DNA of 64,000 nucleotides, from the IMG/VR virus record IMGVR_UViG_3300028738_000008. One strand, 5' to 3'. The number at the start of each line of letters is the position of its first letter. The stretch's first letter is position 1. Below the pieces are notes generated by a model. That model was not told the origin of the DNA, ran no database searches, and worked only from the letters and a program-made list of their open reading frames with translations. Shown one piece after another: positions 45,447-55,419 of the stretch. Origin of the DNA: a virus (Duplodnaviria; Caudoviricetes). The translations under genes and the position numbers were made by a program.

Positions 45447-45768
45447 GAAAATAAAACCATGACAAAAATTCATGGTTTTATTTTTAAATTATCTTGTAGA
45501 TTCAATATTAATTACTTACTTTTGTACAGCATAATAAACTAATAATTGTGCGACAATATAAACTAATAATTAATAGACGGCGATACAGTTCACACATATC
45601 CTAGTTGCTCGAAAATTATATATTCTAGTAAACCAACTGTTTACAAAGAAGGCGACTATGGTCACTCATTTGCTTTTGGTTATTACATTATAAATGAGAA
45701 ACTTGAGCATGTTTATATTAACACAAATCAAGATGAATATGTTAGGCTCTGGAAACAATACGTAAAAG

Positions 45769-46218
45769 TTGATGAAAAAGATATATCAAACAATAATTGA
45801 TAAAAATCATGGCAATTGCATGCAAGCTACTATTGCCAGTATATTTGATTTAACTTTAGATCAAGTTCCAAATTTTATTGAACTTGGATGCGAATGGTTT
45901 AATGTTATGGGACAAATGTATATTGATCGAGGCTATGACTTATGCTGTTTCAATCCTCAAAGAGATATTGAACAAACCAGAGAAGTACTTAATATAGATA
46001 AGGGAGTTAATGGATATTGGGTTGCCACAGTTGATAGCATTTATTTTGGCAAGGCTGTAAGTCATTCAGTTATCATAGATAAAGACTTAAATGTGGTGCA
46101 TGACCCCAATCCGAATAATATAGGTCACGTCTATGAATTTGGCGATATAAAATCTATAGACGTGTGCGGAAAAAATAATTGGTATATAGATATTGATGGA
46201 AAACTAATAATCAAATAA
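45769..46218 (+). CDS. Hypothetical protein, papain/C39-like Cys-His motif
   Basis: GNCMQATIAS...HSVI...VVHDPNP. Confidence 0.6.
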   Translation: MMKKIYQTIIDKNHGNCMQATIASIFDLTLDQVPNFIELGCEWFNVMGQMYIDRGYDLCCFNPQRDIEQTREVLNIDKGVNGYWVATVDSIYFGKAVSHSVIIDKDLNVVHDPNPNNIGHVYEFGDIKSIDVCGKNNWYIDIDGKLIIK

Positions 46219-46219
46219 A

Positions 46220-46468
46220 ATGGAAGAAAAAATGAAAATACTCTTATTGAGTGACGAAGAAGTAAAATGGCGAATATTCGAAGAAGCCACATTAAAAGCA
46301 TATGAACTCATTGGCGCAAATCCTGTGACAATTGAAGTTGATAACAATGATTATGGTTTTGATTTTGTTTATGGCTTCTGGGTTAATAACAAGTCCGAAG
46401 GCGGCAGAGTGCTGCTAAGCCGTGATAAAGAAAAATGTATTGAAATGTTAAAAATAATACTACCATAA
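46220..46468 (+). CDS. Hypothetical protein
   Basis: 82 aa, coupled. Confidence 0.65.
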   Translation: MEEKMKILLLSDEEVKWRIFEEATLKAYELIGANPVTIEVDNNDYGFDFVYGFWVNNKSEGGRVLLSRDKEKCIEMLKIILP

Positions 46469-46469
46469 A

Positions 46470-46853
46470 ATGGAAGAAGTTGAAGGATTAGTTAGCGACG
46501 AACAAGGTGAGCGTGTCGAGCCAGTTGTTGAAAACATTGGTAAAGAATTTTTTGAATGGGCAGATAAATACTGGTCACTTAATGTCTTTATAACTAAGGG
46601 CATCGAAGTCGTAGGCAAACGAGAGGACTCAGAAGTATGTTTATATGAGATAATGAAAACATACTTTATAAAAAAGATTAATGAACTTGCTGAACAAAAA
46701 TATGCAAAGCCTGAACCAAATAAAGAACTCTTAACGGAACTTTGCGACTATATTGGAACGCATATTTATAAAATTGGGAGGATTGCTCCAGAAGATATTC
46801 CTGTTCAATCAAATTCAGAACTAGTTGAAGAATTCTTAAAAACCAGAAAATGA
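46470..46853 (+). CDS. Hypothetical protein
   Basis: 127 aa, coupled. Confidence 0.65.
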   Translation: MEEVEGLVSDEQGERVEPVVENIGKEFFEWADKYWSLNVFITKGIEVVGKREDSEVCLYEIMKTYFIKKINELAEQKYAKPEPNKELLTELCDYIGTHIYKIGRIAPEDIPVQSNSELVEEFLKTRK

Positions 46854-47317
46854 TAAAGACATTGGCAGAATCATGTGTAATTAATGATATAATCTCGGAT
46901 ATGTTTTTACCATACGAACTATCATTAAAATTAAAGGAACTTAAATTCAATGAACCCTGCTTGGCATTCTATGCAACAGATCCTTTCACTAAGGCAGATG
47001 ATATGCAGCTAAAGATGGTAAAGCAATTACCAAATACTCCGATAGACGCATGTAGGAATTCAGAATTTGGAGGCAGCATAGCTGCACCAACATTTCAACA
47101 AGCATCCGACTGGATATTGTTAAAGTATGGATATTTTATATCGTCAACATATGACACATATAAAAAGCTGCATGGAGCAATGGCTGGCGATTATTATGAC
47201 CTATATTTTGCTGGATATCATGCGACACAAAATATTGCTATGATTGCAATCATTAAAAAAATGCTTCTTTTAATATCTGAAAATTTACTTGAAGGGGATG
47301 GTAAATGCGAAAAGTAG
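46850..47317 (+). CDS. Hypothetical phage protein
   Basis: FLPYELSLKLKELKFNEPC...AAPTFQQASDWILLKY. Confidence 0.75.
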   Translation: MIKTLAESCVINDIISDMFLPYELSLKLKELKFNEPCLAFYATDPFTKADDMQLKMVKQLPNTPIDACRNSEFGGSIAAPTFQQASDWILLKYGYFISSTYDTYKKLHGAMAGDYYDLYFAGYHATQNIAMIAIIKKMLLLISENLLEGDGKCEK

Positions 47318-48210
47318 GCGAGTTCGAAGAGAGATTGAAAGCATACAACGAAGATCATTGCTGGCAATACGACATACGTGTGAAGAACATGGAAGCCGAT
47401 CTAAGCAATGGACAGTTCGACGCCGACTACTGCGACAAATTAAGAGTCTCCGATTTTATATTCGAAAACATTATAGATAAAAAAGAACAGCAAAATCTTA
47501 AAAAGTTTATCGAACGTCATGAGTGGCTCGGAACATTATCTCAATATACGACACATTGGTTCGCTTGCTATCATATTCATAATGACGTAAAGATAATCGC
47601 TGGCGTAATATTATTCAATGTTCCAAACTCCTTTAGCAAAATACTCGGCGAGGAAACTCCACAACTGGAAAGACTTATAAGCCGAGGTGCTTGCATATCA
47701 TGGTCGCCAAAGAACTTGGCAAGTGCTTTCTTAATGTGGTGCATCACATGGATGGTAAAGAATACACAGTACAGACTATTCACAGCCTATTCAGACCCAA
47801 CTGCAAAAGAATTAGGCACAATTTATCAAGCATGTAACTTTTATTACATGGGACAGAGTGCTGGAGCAACCAATCGCTACATAAATCCTTATAACGGAAA
47901 GATTGTGTCCGATAGATATTTCAGACAAAAGACTTCTTACAAAAAGTTCGCAATCGAAATGGGAATCGAATGGCAAAAGAATTGGAATCACCCAACTGGA
48001 ATGTGCTGGGATAATATGTCGAAAGAAACCGAACAAAGATTGAGGGACTATTCAAAAATGAAACAAAGTCAGGCAGAAATTATTCAAATGCCTTCTAAAC
48101 ATAAATATGCATATGTGCTCGGCGTAACCAAACACGAAACACGCCAATTGAGAAAGCTTTATGAGTCAAAGAATAAAAATCATGAATATCCTAAAGACAG
48201 AGGAAAATAA
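47305..48210 (+). CDS. Mom-like (GNAT-fold) DNA modification enzyme
   Basis: FIERHEWLG, LISRGAC, AYSDP and GTIYQACNFYYMG motifs. Confidence 0.7.
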   Translation: MRKVGEFEERLKAYNEDHCWQYDIRVKNMEADLSNGQFDADYCDKLRVSDFIFENIIDKKEQQNLKKFIERHEWLGTLSQYTTHWFACYHIHNDVKIIAGVILFNVPNSFSKILGEETPQLERLISRGACISWSPKNLASAFLMWCITWMVKNTQYRLFTAYSDPTAKELGTIYQACNFYYMGQSAGATNRYINPYNGKIVSDRYFRQKTSYKKFAIEMGIEWQKNWNHPTGMCWDNMSKETEQRLRDYSKMKQSQAEIIQMPSKHKYAYVLGVTKHETRQLRKLYESKNKNHEYPKDRGK

Positions 48211-48254
48211 GAAATAGTTTCGAATAAAAACAGTATTTATAAAAAAATACATTT

Positions 48255-49718
48255 ATGACAGATATTATTAAGCTAATCAGCGAAGAACTTAACAGACTAA
48301 CACCTGTTGTACTCAATGAGAACCATATTTACGAAGCCGAAGACGATACAGAGGATCAAGAAGAACCCGAACAAGTTACACAAGCTGCAAATAACTTCGA
48401 ACAAATGGCAAACGCCGTTAAGCCAGAAGGCGACGTAGAAGCTATCGGAATGCCAAACGAAAGCCAAATAGGTGGCTTCACTGTCTATATTCCTGTAAGC
48501 AGAGAATACTCATTAAATAAGGTAATCGCCTCAATGATCAAAGCAGCGACTAAGCTCGGAGTCACTCCACCTGTTATAACCAAAGGCAATAAAACAACTA
48601 AGGTAGTTACAGTCGATGGCTACAAATATGCCGTAGACGTAATCCCTGTCAGCGTAAATGTTGATCAAGTGTTCAGAATGCCAGGTAATTACAAGCTGGA
48701 AGCAGTCGTGGACACAAGAAGCGGCGGAAGTGTTGCAGTGGGTACAGACCCAATTCCTCATGAATTATTAAACGGTTCACAAGATTGCGACTACTGTCAC
48801 CAAAAAAGAGATCGTATAAAAAGCTTTATCGTAAGAGGCGGAGCAGACAATGGATATAAAACATTGGGAAGTAATTGTGTAAACAAATTCTTAGGAATTA
48901 ATCCAGCCAAATATTTAAGAATGCTGGACGTATATTCATTGTTTAAAAACACAATGGAACAATTCGAAGAAGATGGCTTTGGAAACGAAGGTGGCGGCGG
49001 TGGATTTGGAATCAGTGCTAAACTAAGAATCTTTGATCTACCAAAAGCAATAACTATTGTTCATAATGTATTAAAAGCAGACGGTGGCAATATTAAACGT
49101 GATTGGGTGTATCCTGATAATGGCAGAAAATACCAAACAAATGAAGGAGAAGCAACTGCTGATAAAGCAGAGGAAATTATGGACGACCCAGACCAAAGAG
49201 ATAACATAAAGGTAGACGAGGATTACGTGAAAGGCTTTATTGACTTTTTGAAAAACTTTGAAATACCTAAAGACGCCAAATACGAATTTCAAGAATATCT
49301 TCACAAGATGAAGGAAATCCCTAATAAAGATTTCAGATACGTCGATACTGCCTTCTTAGCTTCTGCCGAAAACTATTTCGACCAAAACCAAGCAAGACTC
49401 GCTGCGCCAGAATCAAACTTCGTAGGCGAAGAAGGTGCTAAAGTCAAAATAAAAGACGCTACAGTAACTGGCGTTCGCTCTGGCGACGGTGCATACGGCA
49501 CATGGTACTTATGGACATTCGTTGACCCAGCAGGTAACGTCTTAAAGAAATTCGGTGAACTTAATACAAAATTCAGAACCTTCGAAGACCCTAGACATGA
49601 TGCATTATTAGGAGATATCAATAAAGGCGATAAATTCAGCTTTACAACGGATATTAAGAAACACGAAGTATTCAATAACCAAAAATCAACCCAGCTGGGC
49701 AGATTGTCTAAATTCTAA
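48255..49718 (+). CDS. Hypothetical protein (Zn motif, C-terminal OB-fold-like), putative virion-associated
   Basis: CDYCH...LGSNCV; N-terminal IIKLISEELNRL...NE; late-type motif. Confidence 0.75.
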   Translation: MTDIIKLISEELNRLTPVVLNENHIYEAEDDTEDQEEPEQVTQAANNFEQMANAVKPEGDVEAIGMPNESQIGGFTVYIPVSREYSLNKVIASMIKAATKLGVTPPVITKGNKTTKVVTVDGYKYAVDVIPVSVNVDQVFRMPGNYKLEAVVDTRSGGSVAVGTDPIPHELLNGSQDCDYCHQKRDRIKSFIVRGGADNGYKTLGSNCVNKFLGINPAKYLRMLDVYSLFKNTMEQFEEDGFGNEGGGGGFGISAKLRIFDLPKAITIVHNVLKADGGNIKRDWVYPDNGRKYQTNEGEATADKAEEIMDDPDQRDNIKVDEDYVKGFIDFLKNFEIPKDAKYEFQEYLHKMKEIPNKDFRYVDTAFLASAENYFDQNQARLAAPESNFVGEEGAKVKIKDATVTGVRSGDGAYGTWYLWTFVDPAGNVLKKFGELNTKFRTFEDPRHDALLGDINKGDKFSFTTDIKKHEVFNNQKSTQLGRLSKF

Positions 49719-49720
49719 TC

Positions 49721-50146
49721 ATGAATACTATATTATGTGCAGCCTTTTGCGGTACAGGCAAAACATACTTCTGTGAGAAAAATGCTAAAGCCATTGAAAT
49801 AGAATACTGGAAGTATAAAGACAAAGGATTGCAAAAAGAGTATATTGCTGATGTGAAAAAACACTTTGGCAAGGTCAAGCATATTTTTATTGCTACCGAT
49901 CCAGAAGGCTTGAAACTTTTAAATAATGAGGGATTTAATATAACTCTCATTTATCCGAATAATGAATTACGAAACGAATATCTTGATAGATATATTGAAA
50001 GAGATAGCCCACATGAATTTATAGGGGCATTTATGAAATACTGGAATCTATGGATTGACGAATTAAAAGAACAAAAATATTGTGAACATATTATATTAGA
50101 AAAGGGTCAATACTTGCAAGACGTTATCAAAAAACTAAAACCATGA
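49721..50146 (+). CDS. P-loop kinase-like protein
   Basis: AAFCGTGKT Walker A. Confidence 0.65.
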   Translation: MNTILCAAFCGTGKTYFCEKNAKAIEIEYWKYKDKGLQKEYIADVKKHFGKVKHIFIATDPEGLKLLNNEGFNITLIYPNNELRNEYLDRYIERDSPHEFIGAFMKYWNLWIDELKEQKYCEHIILEKGQYLQDVIKKLKP

Positions 50147-50748
50147 ACATAAATAATATCATAAAAGACGAGTTATCCAAACTCAATGAAGACGTCATCG
50201 AAAAGTCTAGCGACCCAAACACCATGTCATTCTATCATGGCGGCAACCTAGATCGCTATGACGATTCCTTATCTCAGAAAAAAGGCAGATACGAATACGG
50301 TGCAGGCTTGTACTTAACAACCCACTACGAAACCGCTAATAAGTACTCCAAAGGCTCTAGGAAGATTTATATCATAGAAGTCAATAAAGGAAACGATATA
50401 GCTAACGTCTGGCTGGACTTCAATAACGTAAAAGCTTTTATAAATCTCTACGCAATCAATAACATGCGCAAAGAACTTATTAATACCTTAACCAAATACG
50501 ATAAGGACGGCAAAGTTCCAGCTTATATCCTGAACAACATCTTAAATAATAACCAAGCTATAAGACCTTCAAATACAAAAGCCGTAAGACAATTCTATAT
50601 AGAAAATAACATCGACTACGACATAGTAAATAACCCTTTCGGCTGGGGCGAAGAAATGATGGTGCTTTATAATATGAAGAAAATAAAGTCAGCGAGGATA
50701 ATCAAACCTACCGACAAGATAAAAGACCTTTTAATAAAAAACAATTAA
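50143..50748 (+). CDS. ADP-ribosyltransferase-like protein
   Basis: FYHGG...YGAGLYLTTHYETANKY...E (H-Y-E type pattern). Confidence 0.55.
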   Translation: MNINNIIKDELSKLNEDVIEKSSDPNTMSFYHGGNLDRYDDSLSQKKGRYEYGAGLYLTTHYETANKYSKGSRKIYIIEVNKGNDIANVWLDFNNVKAFINLYAINNMRKELINTLTKYDKDGKVPAYILNNILNNNQAIRPSNTKAVRQFYIENNIDYDIVNNPFGWGEEMMVLYNMKKIKSARIIKPTDKIKDLLIKNN

Positions 50749-50752
50749 TTCA

Positions 50753-51769
50753 ATGAATATCAAAAAACTTATATTGGAAGAAATAATTATAAACGAGAAT
50801 AAACAACTCGCCGATAAGCTGTATTTCAATACAGGTAAATTGGATGAAACTGATAAACAGAAAATATTGTATATCACCAAAGGCGATAACACAACAAAAT
50901 TAATATCAGACATATATTTCGAATATAAAGATTCGTGGAAGTTCCGTGAAGTCGTAAATAATATGCCTTTAGTTCATAACGAACTAGTAAACTATAATCA
51001 AAACGTATTTCCTATTAAAGACTTTGATATTCTTAACTCCAAAAACATTCGCAATATCTATGACATTCTCGTAAACAGACAGTCAATTATAAATAACCTA
51101 AGAAAACTTCCATCTACAGCTGTCCGTAATATGAAAGCCGATATTAGACAACCTAGGAACTATAATGAAATGCACGACTATAATGATCGTATGAGCTATT
51201 TCATGGCAAACTATTCCCTAGTAGGTAACCGTGACCCAAAACTCTTAAAGAAAATTCATGACAAAATGTTCAAGTCTAACATAACCTTAGACATGCTGCT
51301 AGATTTCGTAGAAGAAAAAGAAAACCTTTTAGGTGGTAAAGAATTTACAAAGGATATGATCAATGACATGATCAGAAACGAAAGCGATGAAGACATGTCA
51401 ATAATATTCGAAACAGATAATGTCATGGTCGTAAAAATAGAGAGCTACGATGCAATAAAAAAAATAGGCTGCAACTCCTTCTGGTGCTTTACATATGGCG
51501 GACAGAGTTCCAGACACTGGAACGAATATTCTTATAACGGAATAGTATACGTAATTATCGATTTCAGCCTGCCAAGCGATGATCCTGAATTCATGTTTAC
51601 ATTAATAAAACCTTTACAAAAATATAAATCTTATAACGAAGGCGGCGAAAACGAAGATAGTAGTCCTGTCTTTAATATGGCAAACGAAAACTATAATAAT
51701 CCTTACGACGTTCTCATTCGTCTTGTAGGCAAAAATAATATAAAAAAACTATTTACCTTCGATTATTAA
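50753..51769 (+). CDS. Hypothetical protein (putative virion-associated)
   Basis: MNIKKLILEEIIINE; SFWCFT motif. Confidence 0.75.
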   Translation: MNIKKLILEEIIINENKQLADKLYFNTGKLDETDKQKILYITKGDNTTKLISDIYFEYKDSWKFREVVNNMPLVHNELVNYNQNVFPIKDFDILNSKNIRNIYDILVNRQSIINNLRKLPSTAVRNMKADIRQPRNYNEMHDYNDRMSYFMANYSLVGNRDPKLLKKIHDKMFKSNITLDMLLDFVEEKENLLGGKEFTKDMINDMIRNESDEDMSIIFETDNVMVVKIESYDAIKKIGCNSFWCFTYGGQSSRHWNEYSYNGIVYVIIDFSLPSDDPEFMFTLIKPLQKYKSYNEGGENEDSSPVFNMANENYNNPYDVLIRLVGKNNIKKLFTFDY

Positions 51770-51770
51770 T

Positions 51771-52055
51771 ATGAGATACCTTAAAGAATATCAAGAATAC
51801 ATTAAGAAAATCACCGATACATACATTTCTATGCTTACCTGTGACGAAGAAAACACGCCTTTACGCATGTTTAATGTCGTCGATTCCGTCCCAAATAATG
51901 ACGGCGAATATATGTCAAAACTAGTAATAGCAGAGAATATCAGAGAGAACAACGCATATGCACTTAAATGGCTCATAACAAATATGATGACCTTCGATCA
52001 ATGGAAACTATTAAACGCATTCAAAGTAGATATCGACGACTTCTATAAGCATTAA
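51771..52055 (+). CDS. Hypothetical protein
   Basis: 94 aa. Confidence 0.6.
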   Translation: MRYLKEYQEYIKKITDTYISMLTCDEENTPLRMFNVVDSVPNNDGEYMSKLVIAENIRENNAYALKWLITNMMTFDQWKLLNAFKVDIDDFYKH

Positions 52056-52187
52056 ATTTTTTTAAAAAATTTTAAACCCTGACTATTTAGCTAAATGCTT
52101 GATTTTCAGGGTTTTTTATAAAAGAGAAATTCTATAATGGTAATTTTTTTCCAGAATTTTTTATAGTCTGTGGAGTTACGGCTGCAG

Positions 52188-52250
52188 CACCCCCACCCCT
52201 GTGAGGGGGGGTCTGAGGGGGGGGTGTGGGGTGGGGATACCCCTCTGGGG
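52188..52250. other. GC-rich island with a G-quadruplex-competent tract
   Basis: CACCCCCACCCC followed by G7-TCTGA-G8-TGT-G4-T-G4, in an otherwise AT-rich non-coding gap between convergent units. Confidence 0.65.
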
Positions 52251-52507
52251 CACTTGTCAGCTGTCTGGCTGCACGATCTCGAATGCCGACGATAGGCAGT
52301 ACCACATCAAAACAGGGTCGCTTAAACAGGCTTAAAACGCATAGTGATTATGTTAAGCATTTGGTTATCATATAATTATGATATGTTTAGTACAACATAA
52401 TAATATGCTATGATAAATAGGTTAGCTGAATTATTATGTATAACAGAAAAATGTTAGCAAAAAAAAGATAGCCTATTTCTAAGCTATCTTTTTTTTAAAA
52501 GCTATCT

Positions 52508-53068
52508 TTATAGCTGAAATATTTTGCCTGATGATTTAACAGTATCCATATTTTCTACAATAAAGGTACGGAACTTGCCAGAAGAGAGCTTTAATGCTTT
52601 GGTAATCAGTTGCTTAGCTATTGTTTTGTCGGCACTGTTTACTTTTTTATATTCGCCTTTGATTAAGGTAGTTTTAGAAATAACCATGCCAAAAATGTGA
52701 ACGGCTAAAGTTTCTTTGTGTATTCTGATGCTTGCATTAACATTATGATAAGCATCGGTCTGGGCTTGGCTTGCTACTGTACGATCTTCGATATTTGCAG
52801 ACAAGTTTTTTTGAGCTGCAGCAGTCATTTCCAAAAGAGCCAATCTAACAGTTGGTAATAATATGTTAGATTCTTTTGCAATATTGATCAAAATTGCATC
52901 GCTACAATTTTGCAATTTGCGAAAGTCAGCTTTTTTTATGTTAGCTACCGAAATATTGGTATTAATAACATAATTTGAAATTTCACCGCTTGTTTTACTT
53001 TCGTAGTTTTGGAAACCGATAAACCTTGCACCTTTCAAACCGTCTAATTCTGAAAATAAATTTGCCAT
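52508..53068 (-). CDS. Hypothetical protein
   Basis: Likely start MANLFSELDG at 53068 (track 53185). Confidence 0.75.
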   Translation of the reverse strand: MANLFSELDGLKGARFIGFQNYESKTSGEISNYVINTNISVANIKKADFRKLQNCSDAILINIAKESNILLPTVRLALLEMTAAAQKNLSANIEDRTVASQAQTDAYHNVNASIRIHKETLAVHIFGMVISKTTLIKGEYKKVNSADKTIAKQLITKALKLSSGKFRTFIVENMDTVKSSGKIFQL

Positions 53069-53425
53069 CGTAGGAAATTTTAATGGAATAACATCATTGT
53101 TAAATCCGATACAAAGATATAGCCATATGGAGGCGAAAACTATGACTTTTATCATGTTTCTAAAAATAAGTGCAAAATAAATCATTTATTTTTGATTATA
53201 TTTGTAACTCACTGGAAATCTGTCACTTAGAAACAAGAGTATTTTTTGATCTTATTTTGTGTATATCTATACTATATATATAGACTATTTTTAAAAGTAG
53301 GTTAATTTTGTAGCTTAAATTTGAATGATCTTTACAAAGTTGAACACTTATATAGATATGAAATAATAACGGCTAAAAACGGCTTAAAATCGAAATTGCA
53401 TTTATTTTTGATTATTTTTGTAAAC

Positions 53426-53439
53426 ATGATAAAAGTCAT
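53426..53439. promoter_or_regulatory. Operator-like palindrome ATGAY-N4-GTCAT
   Basis: Near-perfect copy here, perfect copy at 54340-54353, half site at about 57738-57742; each lies upstream of a TAnnTTTG element. Confidence 0.5.
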
Positions 53440-53512
53440 AGTTTTGGTATATCAATAGCATTACTTTTGACGTATAAATTATTTAAAGGTTACAAATTTA
53501 AACTATTTTATT

Positions 53513-54274
53513 ATGATGTTCGTAAATTGTTCACAGGCACGCAAAGAAACAAAGTTATCATATATCGGCGGAACAAATATTTCCAGTAAGATTAAAAAGA
53601 ATTTAAAGGTTAATATGTTAACCTACATCGTTTACCTTGCGCCATCTGACCATAGTGGACATAATGTTTGCACAAGTTCAACAGTTGAATGTCGTTTGGG
53701 TTGCCTTGCAACGTCGGGACGCAATATGATGGATATTAATTCTGGTAAACATATTATTAACAATGCAAGAGTCAGGAAAACACAATTGTTTTTTGATCAT
53801 AATGAATATTATATGGAATGGCTTGTAGCTGAAATAAAAAGTAAACAGCTAAAAGCTATTAAAGATAATAATTTGTTCAGTGTACGTTTGAACGGAACGT
53901 CGGATATTAACTGGCAAGAAATTATGTTAAATGGCAAGAATATCTTCGAAATCTTTCCAGACGTTCAATTTTATGACTACACAAAGAATGCAAAGAAATT
54001 TATTAACATAGCAAAAAATTATGATCTTACTTTTTCGTACACTGGAAAAAACTGGTCAACTTGTCAAAGATTATTATCAATAGGGTACAATGTTGCAATG
54101 ATCTTTAAAGATAGCATTCCTAACGATTACAAAGGTTATACTGTACTTAATGGCGATTTAACGGATAATAGGATAGGCGATTTAAAAGGTTGCATAGTGG
54201 GCTTAAAATGGAAAAGAATAGCTAATAAGGAAATAAACGAACAAATCAAAAATAGTGTGTTCGTAATTCAGTAA
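53513..54274 (+). CDS. Phage gp88-like protein (radical-SAM-like Cys cluster)
   Basis: VCTSSTVECRLGCL, SVRLNGTSDI, QFYDYTK and YDLTFS motifs. Confidence 0.75.
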   Translation: MMFVNCSQARKETKLSYIGGTNISSKIKKNLKVNMLTYIVYLAPSDHSGHNVCTSSTVECRLGCLATSGRNMMDINSGKHIINNARVRKTQLFFDHNEYYMEWLVAEIKSKQLKAIKDNNLFSVRLNGTSDINWQEIMLNGKNIFEIFPDVQFYDYTKNAKKFINIAKNYDLTFSYTGKNWSTCQRLLSIGYNVAMIFKDSIPNDYKGYTVLNGDLTDNRIGDLKGCIVGLKWKRIANKEINEQIKNSVFVIQ

Positions 54275-54425
54275 CATAATTAGGGGACAATGTTAAACAG
54301 AATTGTCCCCTAAATTTATTTTCATTTATTTTTGCAAACATGACAAAAGTCATAGTTTTGGCAATCAAAAGGCCTTATCTTTGTAGTATAAATTTTAAAG
54401 GTTACAAATTTAAAACTTTCTTATC

Positions 54426-54965
54426 ATGGTACAAACAATCAAATTTGATCAAATTTATTCAGACTACTACAAACGTATTAGTCATTTTATTGGTTTGAAA
54501 ATTGGTTTTAATTCGGGTATTACTGCCGAATTAACAAACGACGTATTTGTAAAAGTTAATTTACATTTAACCGAATTTGATGCAGAAAAAAGCAGTTTTG
54601 GCACATGGATACACACCATCGCAAAAAACATTATGATTGATTATTCCAGAAGCACGGAATACAAAAATCGCTACAAAACTGCACATATTGACGATACTGT
54701 TAATGATGAACTTCATCAGGTATTTCAAATTGCACACAAAGAAAACAATTCGGATATGGAACAAAACGAGGTTTATGTTCGGATTCAGGCTTCAATGGCA
54801 AAACTAAAGGAAAACGAAAAAACTTTGGTTGAGTTAATTATTCTCAAAGAATACAAATTGAAAGAGGTCGCCGAAATAACAAATATGACTTTGGCAAATG
54901 TAAAAGTAACGATTATGAGAGCAAAGGAAAAAATGAAGTTACAACTCGCAGATATATATTGTTAA
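54426..54965 (+). CDS. ECF-type sigma-70 family sigma factor 1
   Basis: ELTNDVFVKV...FDAEKSSFGTWIHTIAKNIMIDYSR (region 2); KEVAEITNMTLANVKVTIMRAK (region 4). Confidence 0.9.
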   Translation: MVQTIKFDQIYSDYYKRISHFIGLKIGFNSGITAELTNDVFVKVNLHLTEFDAEKSSFGTWIHTIAKNIMIDYSRSTEYKNRYKTAHIDDTVNDELHQVFQIAHKENNSDMEQNEVYVRIQASMAKLKENEKTLVELIILKEYKLKEVAEITNMTLANVKVTIMRAKEKMKLQLADIYC

Positions 54966-55072
54966 TCAGAACAAATGTCGGGAGCAATGTTCCCGACATT
55001 TGTTTTCATCATGTTACAATGTTCACACTTTAAAGATTCAATCCAATGTTAAAGATTATATTCAATTTAGAA

Positions 55073-55195
55073 ATGTCTCAAACCAGAATTAACATAATAT
55101 TAGCACTGATATTCTGTGCATTTATGTTTTTAACTTCATGCAGTTCAGGCAAACAATTGCATAGGTACAATGTTCAAACCGTTCACAACTTTTAA
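55073..55195 (+). CDS. Small lipoprotein-like peptide (40 aa)
   Basis: MSQTRINIILALIFCAFMFLTSCSS lipobox. Confidence 0.45.
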   Translation: MSQTRINIILALIFCAFMFLTSCSSGKQLHRYNVQTVHNF

Positions 55196-55419
55196 TATGT
55201 TACTACTTACAATGTCCCCAGAATCGTCAATGTCTCCAGCTCAGTTAATTATTTCACTGACTATCTTTATAGTCGTATGTGTTTCCGCTGGTATTATTCA
55301 GGACAAAATTAAATCAAAAAAGAAACCGAAATAATTGTAACCTATTTGCACAATGTTCGTATAATCTTAAACAAACACTTATCAATGTACATTCTTTGTT
55401 GTGTTCAAATAATAAAAAT

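Larger units (their letters stand above)
228..48241. promoter_or_regulatory. Dispersed putative late promoter motif TATTTAT(A)
   Basis: Plus strand: 228, 1665, 5296, 6975, 8038, 8870, 13178, 14895, 17609, 24341, 24925, 39109, 41908, 48234. Minus strand: 1117-1124, 1632-1639, 13147-13154. Most copies lie 10-70 nt upstream of a start codon, on the coding strand. Confidence 0.65.

Noticed and set aside
45570-45801. Open frame LIDGDTVHTYP...KDISNNN as another amber-gated gene
   Set aside because: It is bounded upstream by TAA TAA, not TAG, and has no ATG; at most a remnant or non-canonical start.
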